From the NCBI GenBank assembly GCA_004022145.1, contig RCNU01000001.1: 64,000 nt of DNA; one strand, 5' to 3'. The notes beneath the pieces are model-generated. The model did no database searches. It was not told the origin of the DNA and saw only the letters and a list, made by a program, of their open reading frames with translations. Shown piece after piece: positions 36,952 to 49,219 of the stretch; within the stretch, counting starts at the first letter, position 1, and each line of letters begins with the position of its first letter. The translations under genes and the position numbers were made by a program. The stretch is from Paecilomyces variotii. Its lineage: Eukaryota.

Positions 36952-37734
36952 TCATCTGGTGGTCCTTGACGTGCCACTCGTATCTACGCTTTCGCTTTCA
37001 CTCCAGATGTCCTTGCTTTCTCTTTCAACAGCACGCATTGCATCAGCGACCTCCTCGAGTTTAGCAACGACATCTAGCACCCCACTCTTGACACGGTCGA
37101 AGTATCTATCATTGGCTTCACGCCTCTCACGCGCAAGGAGAAGATCATTCTCCGTCTCTTCCTCGAGAGCTTTGTGTGAGCTAGACTCGCCTCCTGGCCG
37201 TTCTGCTGTTCCCCCAGGGGCTGAACCTCCTTTTTTGGCGGACTGCTGATGTGGCTCCTCGGTACCTTTGGCAGCATCAACGACTTCATCAGCTTCACTT
37301 CGGGCCCAGGCTTGAGCCAGTCGCAACTGCTTCTCGCGCAGCTCATCCAGGGCTTTGGCATGTTTCTCCCCAAAGACGTGTTCACCGCTCATCGCGCTGA
37401 GTTCCACTTCAGCAAGGGTGTTTTGCATCTCCTGCCATATTGCCTCTGAACGGTCTACTTCACCTTGAGAATGAGAGCGTGAGATAAATGGCGAGAGCAA
37501 TGTCTGGCCTTCCAAAGGCCCTGAGCGTTGTCGAGATGAGCGCGTGCGAAACAGAGGCGGTGACGGAACACCTCCCGGAGTAGTAGCCGCAGAACCTCCA
37601 TGAGTACTAGCAAGACGTCCAGAAGGAAGAGAAATATTAGAAGCATTATGCGACGGAGGCCCTTGAAATAGAGACGGAGGGGGCAGACGCTGGGAGCTTG
37701 TATGCCTAAGCGGCTCCATTTTAGACGAGGACAT
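36952..37734 (-). CDS. Conserved fungal hypothetical coiled-coil protein
   Basis: Intronless 260-aa ORF with WQEMQNTLAEVELSA...HVFG..HAKALDELREKQLRLAQAWARSE and RERREANDRYF. Confidence 0.8.
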   Translation of the reverse strand: MSSSKMEPLRHTSSQRLPPPSLFQGPPSHNASNISLPSGRLASTHGGSAATTPGGVPSPPLFRTRSSRQRSGPLEGQTLLSPFISRSHSQGEVDRSEAIWQEMQNTLAEVELSAMSGEHVFGEKHAKALDELREKQLRLAQAWARSEADEVVDAAKGTEEPHQQSAKKGGSAPGGTAERPGGESSSHKALEEETENDLLLARERREANDRYFDRVKSGVLDVVAKLEEVADAMRAVERESKDIWSESESVDTSGTSRTTR

Positions 37735-38287
37735 CTTGGAGAGTTACAGCAAAGGTATCTCGCTGAAAGACAGGAACTTGTTTTACATAGGAAAGGAGCA
37801 GATGGCACAGTTGACCAAAGCTATTGTCGATCAATGGGAGTATGCATATAATAGATTCCATAACAAGTCTGTACTCTGTAGTTATGGTTGTTCCTATGGA
37901 GCGGACTACTAGGCTCGGTCCCGCCGACGTTTCTCCGATCCGGGCGGAGGTCTCGCTTAGCGTCGTTAGGGCGAGCACGCACACCAATTTTCGACCTCCC
38001 GATTTTGGCGAGACGTCGGCCGTGAAAGTTGTGAACGACTTCGCCCTCGACAATCAACCGTCAACCTTTAGGTCTTTCAAGTCGGTACGTCTTCCTGACC
38101 CTGCACCATATTCATTGAGATTCCCCGATCGTGCATCGATCTGGAATTATCAACGGATTCCCTACCTCCCGAATCAACCCCGCAGATACCCTTCAATTCG
38201 CACCTATCCCACCGTGTGACAGCAAGACATCTAACATCTTCTCTCTCGATCTCACAGTAACCGTCCAACGAAAGCAATACCGCCAAG

Positions 38288-38915
38288 ATGGGTAAGGGAA
38301 AGCCTAGAGGTTTGAACGCCGCCCGCAAGCTCCGCAACCACCGCCGTGAGGAGCGATGGGCCGATCTGTCCTTCAAGAAGCGTCTCCTCGGAACCGCCTA
38401 CAAGTCCTCTCCCTTCGGTGGTTCTTCCCACGCCAAGGGTATCGTCCTTGAGAAGGTCGGAGTCGAGGCCAAGCAGCCCAACTCTGCCATCCGAAAGTGT
38501 GTCAAGGTTCAGCTCATCAAGAACGGAAAGAAGGTCACTGCTTTCGGTGGGTTACCTGCTCCCTTTATCTTCTCTGGAATATTTGTCGAGATCGACTCGA
38601 GGCCATGTGCTGGATTGCTGGATAGTAGAAAGAGCATGGGACTGGTCCTTTATGACCAGCGGATGAATTGGCTGCGAGGGAATCTCTCAACATGCATAAA
38701 AAAAACCAGTCATGCTAACTTGATAATGCTTTTTAGTTCCCAACGACGGTTGTCTGAACTTCGTCGACGAGAACGACGAGGTCCTCCTCGCCGGTTTCGG
38801 TCGTAAGGGCAAGGCCAAGGGTGATATTCCCGGTGTCCGTTTCAAGGTCGTCAAGGTTTCCGGTGTCGGTCTGTCCGCTCTCTGGAAGGAGAAGAAGGAG
38901 AAGCCCCGCTCTTAA
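38288..38915 (+). CDS. RPS23: 40S ribosomal protein uS12/S23, 2 coding exons plus a probable 5'UTR intron (38085-38257)
   Basis: [15 protein letters not shown]...[11 protein letters not shown]...[17 protein letters not shown]...KEKKEKPRS*. Confidence 0.98.
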
Positions 38916-39474
38916 ATAACGAAACGAAAAGGGAAAAAAAGGGGTGTTGGAATCTTCTTCTTCAAAGAAAGCAACGGAAGGAGATGGTTTTTTTCTCGGG
39001 AGCATCACAGTCACTGGGATATGTTATGTTATCTGTAACTCTGGTCTGGATCAGGCGGATTATGGTTCAGGACGGATGACATGCGATGCGACTTGCAAAT
39101 ACTACGAATTGATTCACTGCGCAAGAAAACCTTCAAAGATGGCGTCATGAATACAAATTTTTTCCTATCTCTTTCTCTCTCCATGAGAGGGGGTCAGAGG
39201 ATCTCTTCGAGATAAAAAATGAAGGATGTTCTGACCAGTCTTTTCCGGAAAATAATCCTTCTAGAAAGCGTAATGTGCCTGTGATCTATTCTAAGGTAGC
39301 CAGTGGCCCCAAACCCAAGATCTATAAGCACTCCCCAGACCTACTTCGTTAAAATCTAATAGATTATGGCCTACAATCGAACGTGCGGGTTATCTATAAT
39401 GATTGCCCTGGGTATCATTATTTTCATTTTGTTCCTTCCATATTTTCTCATCTAGTGTAAGTGTCATTCATAAT

Positions 39475-40957
39475 CTAGAAGTTGATATCCTCCTTCCGGT
39501 AATGGTCTGAGACGATACGGTACAGATATGACGGCGCATGACCTCCCCTAGAAGCTATTGTCAATCCAATGCCATATAAGGGAGCAGAAATGAGAAAAGA
39601 ATGCGTGTACTCACAAGTTAGTAATGTAAAGATCAACCAGCTCTGCTGGAACATAGTCATAGAGTGGGTTCTCAACGTCGATCTTGTCCACCAGATCGCC
39701 GTCTTCGTAACCGAGCACTTTGCTCGCGTCACCGTATTCGATCAGCGCCTCGTAGTCGAAGGGATACACTGGGCTCAGCTTGTAAACACCGCTGACCACG
39801 ACGACCGGAGTCTGGTGGACTTTGGCTGCCCGAGCAATGACTCGAGTGCCAGCGGCCGCGACAAGTCCGCCGTTGGCCAGGACCGAGTGTGTGCCCAGGA
39901 TAACCTTGTTGACCCGGGACATAAGCGCAAATACGGCGGAGTCGGGGATCAGGATGACCGTGATACCCATGGCAATCAAAGGCTTCTGGAATGACTCGAC
40001 GCTCATGCTCTCTTCGTCGCCGTAGGTTGTTCCGCTTACAGTAGCGTGCGTCGCCTCGTGGTTGTTAGGATAGGACTCTGCATGGATGACGGTGAATTTC
40101 CGCTTAGCAGCGGCCTTCATCAGGAATTTTTGGACGGTCGACGAGGACGTGTGGGTGAGAATGATTTCATTCGAGTGGATATGCTCCAAGGCGTAACCGG
40201 CGATCTGGTCGTCGACTTGACCTAACTCATCGATGATCTCACCGATTCCGTCAATGACTTCTGCGCGGATGTCCTTGCTTGGAGCGTGACCAGGGAATCG
40301 ACCCAACGGCGAACCAGGCATTGCAGGGGAGCCTGGTTGAGAGGAGTCCGTATCGGGATGTGACAGGAGACTGAACATGGATATCGGGGCCGGAGTGGGC
40401 GCAAAGGAATTGAAAGGTGGGCGAGAGGAGGATCTCTCTGAGCCTTCGTGCCGGACGGACAGATGGTCGTGAATGCCCAAACCAGCTTCAAAATCCTTGT
40501 TCGACTGGGGCGGAGTGTGTGGTCGACTGTCTGAACCGGCGTCACTGGACAAGGAAAACTCCGCATCTCGTTCGTCCTCCGCTTCGTCTCTGATGAGGCC
40601 TAGGATCCGTCTCACAATATTACCAACGACCATCTCCCTGGGTTGGGCGGCTATCAGCCGTCTCCCCACACTCTGCACCCGCTCAATTAATTTTGCAGCA
40701 TCTGTTGTCCGGTAAAAAGAGACGACGCGGAGGAGAAGGTAAGCGGTCGCAATGGCGCATGATCGTGAATGACGGATCTGTCTCCGTTTGAGAAGTCTAG
40801 CACGGTCAGTAAAGTCAGCAGCCATCGCAGCAACGAGGACAGTATCGTTGGAGACATACGATATGAGGTTGTCGATGGATGTGTCGATCGGGTTCGTCTT
40901 CAGAGACTTGAGAAACGACGACAGGCCCGGGGTCAAGGCCACCGATGTGGACGGCAT
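39475..40957 (-). CDS. GCD7: eIF2B subunit beta, 3 exons
   Basis: [72 protein letters not shown]. Confidence 0.96.
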
Positions 40958-41682
40958 CTTGGATGTCAGACACTATATCTCCTCCCCAGATCCTATCGTA
41001 TCCCTCTAGTGGTTGTGAGATGAGCGTGGAGCAAGGGCGGAGCCAAGCGGTGGTGTGTGCGGACGAACGATGTGCCCCTCTTGATGTCAGGACTCAAGAC
41101 CGTCCGCGTTTCAGTACCGGCCGTTGTCTGAGGGAGAATAAGAGCTGGACTGGTCCTGGAGATCCAGTGAGGCCAGAGCTGATGGTATTTCACGCGAGCA
41201 CCGTGGACTACTGACTTGCGGCGGTGGTTGAAGCAGCACGGTTTGCTGCCGGTTATGTTAGTGAGCGAAGTTCAGAGAAAAAAGGCCAAGCTCGGCCAAC
41301 GGTTCAACGTAAGCTCAACTCCTCCTTGTTGCTCCCCACACCTCCGTCATCCGTTGAGTACTTAGCATAGGCGAAAGAAACAGCAACTTCCACCACCAGC
41401 CACTCGCCCCGTTGTTTCTACTGTACTATCGACTGCCAGATCATCCAGAGCGTTAGTGTGCTGCATCTTGAGCCCATATACCGGCACGTTTCTAGGGGCA
41501 GCGACGTGGCAGCGCGAGCGGTATCGAGGGACGGTCGTCCACTGGCGCATTGAGGTCTGCAATCGCCCTTCCTCTCTCTCCCCTTCGGCGCTTATCTGCC
41601 CTGCGAGCGGCCTTGTTCAATGACTGACAGAATCCCTCCAGATATCTGCGTCAGGGTCTGACCCGATGGCCGTTGCTGGAAG

Positions 41683-43301
41683 ATGAATTCACTGAATATA
41701 CTGTCGTCCCGAGTCATTGGACAGTCCTCATCTACTAGTCCTCCGCGCCATCGCTCTCGCTCGCAGGACGAGGTGCTCTCAGGCAGTCCGCGCAGTGATT
41801 TGGCCAAGACCCGATCGTTTAGCCACCAACAGCTCAATGACTTGGACCTCTTCGAGAAGGAACGCGAAGGCAGGTCCGATCAGTTCGAGCCTACCGACGC
41901 CGACATCCATACCCTCGATGAGAAATCCCCTCTTCTACAGACGCTCCATAAAGATGTCACTCTCCCGGTTCACAGTAGACTCCATTTGATTGCTCAGCGA
42001 CTCTTCGACGCCATTGCGGAAACGATCAAGGTTATACTCTCCACTCTTGCTGCACCTGGGGTCTATGCTGCGCGATGCTTCCGAGATGATGATGGGCACT
42101 ACTCTCCCCTTGTCCCCGTGAAGAAGTTAGGACGTGCGATGTCGAGTAACAGTGGTCCACCATCAAAAGGAGGGAAGCCGTCGGGGCACGGTAAGGGAAG
42201 CAAACGGTCTGAGAAATCTACCCGCCGCGATCCTTCCACCAGGAAGCTCCGAAGTTCCACATCGCGGGATTCCATGGTCTCAACGACTTCCGACTCTGAA
42301 GCGGATCGACGAGGTGATATCAAGACTTCCGGTGGTACAGGGCGCCATGGCAAGACAAAGGCTCATAATGCAGAACCCGCAGCCGAAGACGGTACTCCTC
42401 GACGTTCTATACGGATCAAGCTCCACAACGAAGATGTTCTCAAAAGGCAGAAGCAGCGACGATCGCAGAGCATAGACTCGAATCAGGACGTTGATAACCC
42501 GGGGAATTTTCAGGCCGGTCTCGCAGCGGATATTCTCAAGTCACCGACGTCTCCCTCCTCTCATAAGATCACCAAGTATCCCCACTCTCCTACTCCTCCC
42601 CGTCCGCTGGTCCCTCCGCGTCAGCCTTCGTACACTGCAGGTACACGCGGCTCTAGGATTCCACAGAAAACACTGGTGCTTGATTTAGACGAGACGCTTA
42701 TCCACTCCCTGGCAAAAGGTGGTCGGATGTCGAGCGGCCATATGGTTGAGGTCAAGCTTGCCACTCCAGTGACTACCGCAGTGACACCCGGTTCAGCGCC
42801 CACGACCCTGGGTCCTCAGCATCCCATTCTGTATTATGTCCACAAGCGACCTCATTGCGATGAGTTTCTCCGCAAGGTCTGCAAGTGGTACAAGCTTGTT
42901 ATCTTCACGGCTAGCGTTCAGGAGTATGCCGATCCGGTCATCGACTGGCTTGAGCAGGAGCGGAAGTACTTCCACGCCCGATATTACCGGCAACACTGCA
43001 CTCTGCGCAATGGGGCGTACATCAAGGATCTCAGTTCTGTAGAACCAGACTTGAGTAAGGTCATGATCTTAGATAACAGCCCGATGAGCTACATCTTTCA
43101 CGAAGGTAAGACTCTTCTCGACGGCAGACTCCAAAAGAGAAACTCTAACTCTCTATAGACAACGCGATCCCGATCGAGGGCTGGATCAACGACCCTACGG
43201 ATAACGGTCTGCTGCACCTCATTCCCATTCTGGAAGCGCTCCAGTACGTCACCGATGTACGAGCACTTCTAGCACTAAGAAGGGGTGAGGCCGAATCATG
43301 A
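41683..43301 (+). CDS. NEM1: Nem1/CTDNEP1 HAD phosphatase (NIF domain), 2 exons
   Basis: KTLVLDLDETLIHS (DxDxT), VHKRPHCDEFL, YIKDLS and ILDNSP; last exon NAIPIEGWINDPTD...DVRALLALRRGEAES*. Confidence 0.95.
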
Positions 43302-44388
43302 TCCTGTTCCCATGTATCGAGCACGAGAAAAGATGCGGGTACGAATATTACGGATATCATGTCTGTTGCCTTTGTTTTCCCCCTGTTTCTGGTCCTGCCT
43401 TGTAAAGAGAAACCCGGCAGATGTCTCCCCGCTCGATGAGTGCATATCGTCATACCCTTCCGCACAGCCGATTGTATTTTTTTTTCCGTATTTATCTTCT
43501 TCTTTTCTTGCCTTGGCTTCCTGACAAGCCCTCTAAACGCATTGTAGTCCTCTTTGAGTGTTCGTGTCTATGTCTCTAATTCGATTGTTGCCCGTGGCGT
43601 TTTCCCGAGCGAACCGGTGTTGTCATAAATATTACCAATTACTCTCGATTGATAAGTGATGTTCAACAAAACTCGTCTACCATGTTTACTCCTCATTGGC
43701 TTGTCCATACAGCCGTTCTTGGTTATTGAGTTCCGTGTCTATTCCGCACTTCTAGTCCTCGGAAAACGAGATACGAGGGACATGTTCCTTCAGGGGTAGA
43801 AAAGAAAAACAAAAAAGTGAAGCGGGAAACTTTAAGATTGATCGTGTCAAACAGATATATACCAGTACATATTTAATAGTGTTGAGCGAGTGGTCATTGC
43901 TTTATATATCGTTGACAAAACGGGTACAATTGACATACAATTAATATATTCCCTAAAAAAAGACAGATGCAAGAACCAATCAGAACATCGCTATCTACCC
44001 AGGTAGGTAATTTTCCAAAACATTCTCGATCACAACATTGCCTCATTGTATATGTTTGCAAAGCATTGGAAACCTTGAAGAAGTTGCATTTCTTATTCTA
44101 CAAAACGACATGGGAATAGAATAATCTGATATTGATTCCTAACTTACGGCAAATGTGGCCTTGGCCAATGTTATTTATAGTTTACAGTAAGGATGACAGT
44201 CTTTTGAAGATGAAGTTTTAGTTTGGTTTCATTTTCATTCACTCGTTCTGAATTTTATGTGCCTGAAATAGCCCCCGTGTACACTTTTTTTTTGGATCCT
44301 TGCCCCCTCCTTCCTATTATTGCGTTCCAAGAAGCCTGATGTTTTTTTGGGTGGGAATCTAACGCTAGATGTTGATATGTGCAACTAT

Positions 44389-45627
44389 TTACAGACCCTT
44401 TGCCTTCTTGGCTTCAGTGATGGACTCCTTCAGAGCCGCAATGGCCTTGTCGATATCACCGCGGGCGGGGTCAGTGACGCTGACGCCCATGTGGCCGAAT
44501 CGGATGTACTTGGTGGCAATCTCCTTGTGAAGACCGCCAGCGAAGACGACACCGCGCTTGGCCAAGCCAGGGAGAACGTCCGCAGCAGCGATGCCCTCGG
44601 GGAGACGGATGGCAGTCATGGCGTGCGCCTGGTTCTCGGGCTTGACGGCCAGCTGGGTGAGACCGAGTTCGGCAACGCTGGCCTTGACACGGTCAGAGGC
44701 CTTGGTGTGCACGGCGAAGCGCTCAGCCATGTTTCCAGTGATCTGGGATAGAGTGGTGTGCAGAGCGTGGACGAGCTGAGTGGGAGGAGTAGCGAAGTAG
44801 GAAGGCTTGAGGGCCTCGTAGTTCTGCATGATGGGTAGCCAGTTCTTGAGGGAAGCATAGTAGGATCCAGGAGGGCTCTGGCGGGACTGGAAGCGGTTGA
44901 TGGCACGCTCAGAGAGCATCAGGATGCTCAGACCGGGAGGACAGCCGATGGCCTTCTGGCTGGCCGTCAGGACGACGTCCAGGTCCCATTGGTCGAAAGC
45001 GATCTCTTCGCATCCGACACTGCACACCCCATCAACGACGACCAGCGTCTCCGGGCTGACACGGCGGACAAGCTCAGCAATGGCCTTGATGTCACTCAAC
45101 ACTCCAGTAGAGGTGTCGACGTGCGTGATAGTAATAACCTTGTACGACTTCTGCTTCAGCGCCTGTTCAATCTCGGAGAGCGATGGTCTCTCGCCAATGG
45201 GAGCCTTGAGCTGCGTGACCTGCGCGCCGTAGGTCTCAAGACAGGCAGCGAAAGAGTCACCGAAGTAACCGGTGTGGAGGACGAGCGCATCCTGGCCCCT
45301 CTCGATCAGGTTCGACGACACGATATCCCATCCCAGAGTACCACTACCGGAGATGATCAACGGCTGCGAGGCGGGGTTGCTGGTCTGGAAGAGTTTCCGC
45401 AGAAGAGTCAATGATTCTCCAAAGACCTTGACGAAGGCCGGGCCAACGTGGCTCTCACTGATATAGAAACCAGACAGATCAGTATACCTTTCCCCCTCGA
45501 CAACCCAATGCTCAGGAGGGGTAATTCTCAAGACTTACGCATAGTGGGACATGGACTGCAGGACCGCATCGTCGAATTCGATGGGTCCTGGGATCAAGAG
45601 AGTGGAATGAGGGGCTTGGGATGACAT
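44389..45627 (-). CDS. AGX1: Alanine-glyoxylate aminotransferase (class V PLP enzyme), 2 exons
   Basis: MSSQAPHSTLLIPGPIEF, GSGTLGWD, THVDTSTGV, VVDGVCS, ASQKAIGCPPG (PLP Lys) and YIRFGHMG. Confidence 0.95.
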
Positions 45628-46900
45628 CCTGGCGTTTGATCTGGGCTGTCTGGATGGAGTTGCGGGGGATAAGGAGGAGATTGTTCGATCGATGGGTTTA
45701 TACTCTAGGTCGTCCGGTTCGACGGAGATCCTTTCGGTCGAGAAGGGCGTGTTGAGCTCGGGCAACGGTAGACGCTGCTCGAGGTGCCTGGAGATCAGGC
45801 TCAAGCGGCCAGTCGCCCGTGAGGACGCCAGTGTTCCGATCCGCGGCCCTCGACGGAGAGTCGCGGCGGGGTAGAATCGGAAGAGAACAAGGACGACGGC
45901 GCCTAGTTGGACTCGCTGCTGATTTGCAGGTAGAGACTGACTGGATGGTACTGAACAACGATCAAATAATGGAGGGAAAGAAAGATAACTACTATACTCT
46001 TCCGGTGACTCAATCGAGGGATATTATAAAAGGAGGCCTCTTTTTTTTTTTCTCACTAATCCAGGGGCGGTGGACTCCGGAACTCACATTCGGGAGTGCC
46101 ACCGCCTGCGGGGAGAACGAGGCGATGGCGATTCTACCTTGAAACAGCTAGATGTATACTCTAGTCAATCTTCATGTCGATTGACCTTGGTTCAATTATT
46201 GTTTTACAGTCTTCTGTCTCTGCATCTGTGGACAGTTCTAGTACATTGGGCTCTTATATATTGCGGATGGACATGCTGAGTGACTCACATAAAACATCCC
46301 GGACAGTCGAAGGAACATTAAAGCATATTTCTTTTTTCTTTTTTAAAAGGTTCTTTTCCCCTCATTCTCCAACTCCAGGACGGAAATGGATAATTCTTAA
46401 TGGCGCCATGGGTGCAAAAAATTTTTCTTTCTTTCCCGTCATGGAAGTATAAAACGACCGGATCTGAGAAAGCAGGATATCCCGGTAACTGTCTACAACT
46501 GCCATCTGCCGTTGTCGGAGGCTCACTTGCAATGATACGGGCCAATTATGATTAAAGTAAGCGCCTCTATCGGTGAGATTCAAAAATAGTAATTCACTTT
46601 CATAATAATTGTAATGATGATTACCATAGTTAGTCACATCGGAGAAACTTTTCCTGTGGCTGGATGCGGAGATGGCGCTAGTCCATTATAGTACTACGTA
46701 TTAGGGCTTAGGGTTCAAGTACTACGGATGCCAAGCCTGCCCTCGCAACTCCAGCGGAAGCTGCCTGGAAGCTCCGCCGTGGAGAGCTCGAAGGAGTAAA
46801 GTAGTAAGCAGTTGGACGTGTTCGCTGCTTCACCCTCGCTCTGTCTCATCAGCATTGGATGTCAGGAATGGGCCGTTGAGAAACTTGCGCAGGATTCACG

Positions 46901-47702
46901 ATGACCTCGCGTCTGGTCCTGGTCATTGGGGACCTGTTCATCCCGGACAGAGCTCCGGTAGGTTTCCCCTCACATCTCCTATCTTGATATAGATAGATAC
47001 TGACATTGGGCACAACTAGGACCTTCCAGCAAAGGTGCGCATTAAAACCGCAATTCAATTACTAGCATATCAACCAACCAATCTATCAATCATTAACGCC
47101 AGAATAGTTTAAGAAACTCCTTACTCCCGGCAAGATCGGCCAGATCCTCTGTCTAGGCAACCTTACCGATCGGGACACCTTCGAGTTCCTGCGGCAGATC
47201 GCACCCGACCTACAACTGGTGAAGGGCGATTTCGATGTCGATTCTCCTAACCTTCCTCTCTCCAAAGTAGTCACACATGGCAGCCTCCGCATTGGCTTCA
47301 CTCATGGCCATACCATCATCCCGCCCGGTGACGCAGATGCTCTCCTGATTGCGGCCCGTCAGATGGACGTCGATATTTTGCTATGGGGAGGAACGCATCG
47401 GTTCGAGGCCTTTGAGATGGAGGGTCACTTCTTCGTCAATCCCGGCAGTGCGACTGGAGCGTTCAGTACGGGATATGCGCCCGAAGGCCAAGACCCGACT
47501 CCGAGCTTCTGCCTGATGGATGTGAGTGAGGATGCAAAGCCAAGAACTGATTCGTTGCGCACGCCCGGATACTGACGTGTAGTAGGTCCAAGGAGATGTG
47601 CTCGTTCTCTATGTGTACCAGCTAAAGACGGACGCGAGTGGAGCGGAGACCGTCGCAGTCGAGAAGGTGTCATTCCGCAAGAACAGCGGCACCACGTCAT
47701 GA
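46901..47702 (+). CDS. VPS29: Retromer subunit Vps29, 4 exons including a 15-nt micro-exon (47020-47034)
   Basis: MTSRLVLVIGDLFIPDRAP|DLPAK|FKKLLTPGKIGQILCLGNL...VKGDFD...NPGSATGA...PSFCLMD|VQGD. Confidence 0.96.
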
Positions 47703-47924
47703 TTTCTATTTCTTCTACCAGCATTTTGTACATACCCCTAAGAATGTGTGCTATTATGACCCTGCAATTCTATCAGAATCATTGTTCATCCGCTACTTCC
47801 TCCCCATCTTCTTACTGGGATTGAATCTCCCACCTCTACACTCAAGTGCATGCGAGTGGCAGGCAAATGATAGCTAATTTTCTACCATGATCTGAACGCG
47901 GAGCCGACCAACAAGGAACTACGC

Positions 47925-48739
47925 TCACGAGAACCTCTTGGCTTCTCGTAGATAGCCCCCTCGAAATAGGAGCCTCTCCTTCTCCTTGATGCGAGCCTTG
48001 GCAGTCCGGAAGGCGACCAGGGCTGCTCTCGTTCCCCGTTCACGCGCCGGGGTAGGATCTCGTCGCATATCTCGTACATACTCTGCAAGCGTGATTCGCA
48101 TCTGTCGCAGCTGCTCGTGCCATTTGTCCCGTTCCTCCTCCCACATGCGGACCTCCTGCTCTTTCCTATAGAAGACAGTCCAGTATGTGCACATGGCAAA
48201 TAATTGCAATTTCACTGCCGTCCCCTGATCCACCCATAGATCGTGCCCTAATATGACGGGCACGTAGGCTGCTCCGAAAAACGCAGCAGAGTAATGGGAC
48301 CTGAGAAGTCCATGTTCGCGAGCAGTCGTTGACCTAGTATATATTGGTTAGTATCAACAGAAAATCTCATAGACATCTCGTAGAGGGGAAAGAAAACACA
48401 GTGTGGGGGGGGGGGGAGGACGCTGTCCTACATAATTAGGGAGAGCCATTTATAGTTGACAATATGCAACATAAAGACGAAAAGGAAGCAAAAATTGATC
48501 AGCTCTAGGATATTGGTAAACTTGGCATCCCAAAGAGATACGGTGCCTCCCCAAGTCTCTGTAGCGTGTCCGGTGGCGTGGAGTATGGCTGCTAAAACCG
48601 TCGCGCAGTCCATGATGAGGGTGATCATATTGCGCCTTATATCCACAGGACCATGATATCGATGTGTGATATGAAGTGTTCCTTGAGTACCTGTAATAAG
48701 GTCCGCTTTAGGTATGGGAGGGAGCAAGCCTAGTGACAT
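47925..48739 (-). CDS. Small lineage-specific hypothetical protein or relic; exon structure uncertain
   Basis: Two minus-strand ORFs (48428-48739 and 47925-48263) with a clear branch/acceptor (CTAAC...TAG) near 48333-48350. No convincing in-phase donor was found. Confidence 0.35.
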
Positions 48740-49219
48740 GTTTTTGAAACGAAGGCCATGATGAAGTAGACATTCGGAAGGGAAGGTACGCAGAAAGCTC
48801 TTGCTGACTAGTTTTGTGATATAACTGCGATATTGTTCTATATTTCATGGTTCAGCTGCCCTCCATTTCTATATAAGTAAAAAGATCTAGCGTTGTACCA
48901 TGAGAGAGTGCTAGAGTCTAGATTTTGTTCTTCTCACTTGGATGTTATTTTAAGAGATATAACTTGTATTAGCTATTTATTAATCGTATTTCAGACATTA
49001 CAGGCAGTGTATTTGCCAGAATTCTGCTGATGTATCGACAATCCCGAATACTATTATTGTGAACATTGTTCGCACAGCGAATCTGGAAAGACTGCACAAA
49101 TGCACAGAGCAGAGAGCGGGCGCGACTTCGGAATCCATCAAGCAAAGATCTTTTTGTTCGTTAGCATAACTTGTTGACTCTCCACAAGCATCGCAACTAC
49201 CACTCTCCTTGGAACATTA

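Noticed and set aside
38547-38736. Possible intronic snoRNA in the RPS23 introns
   Set aside because: No convincing C/D or H/ACA architecture visible.
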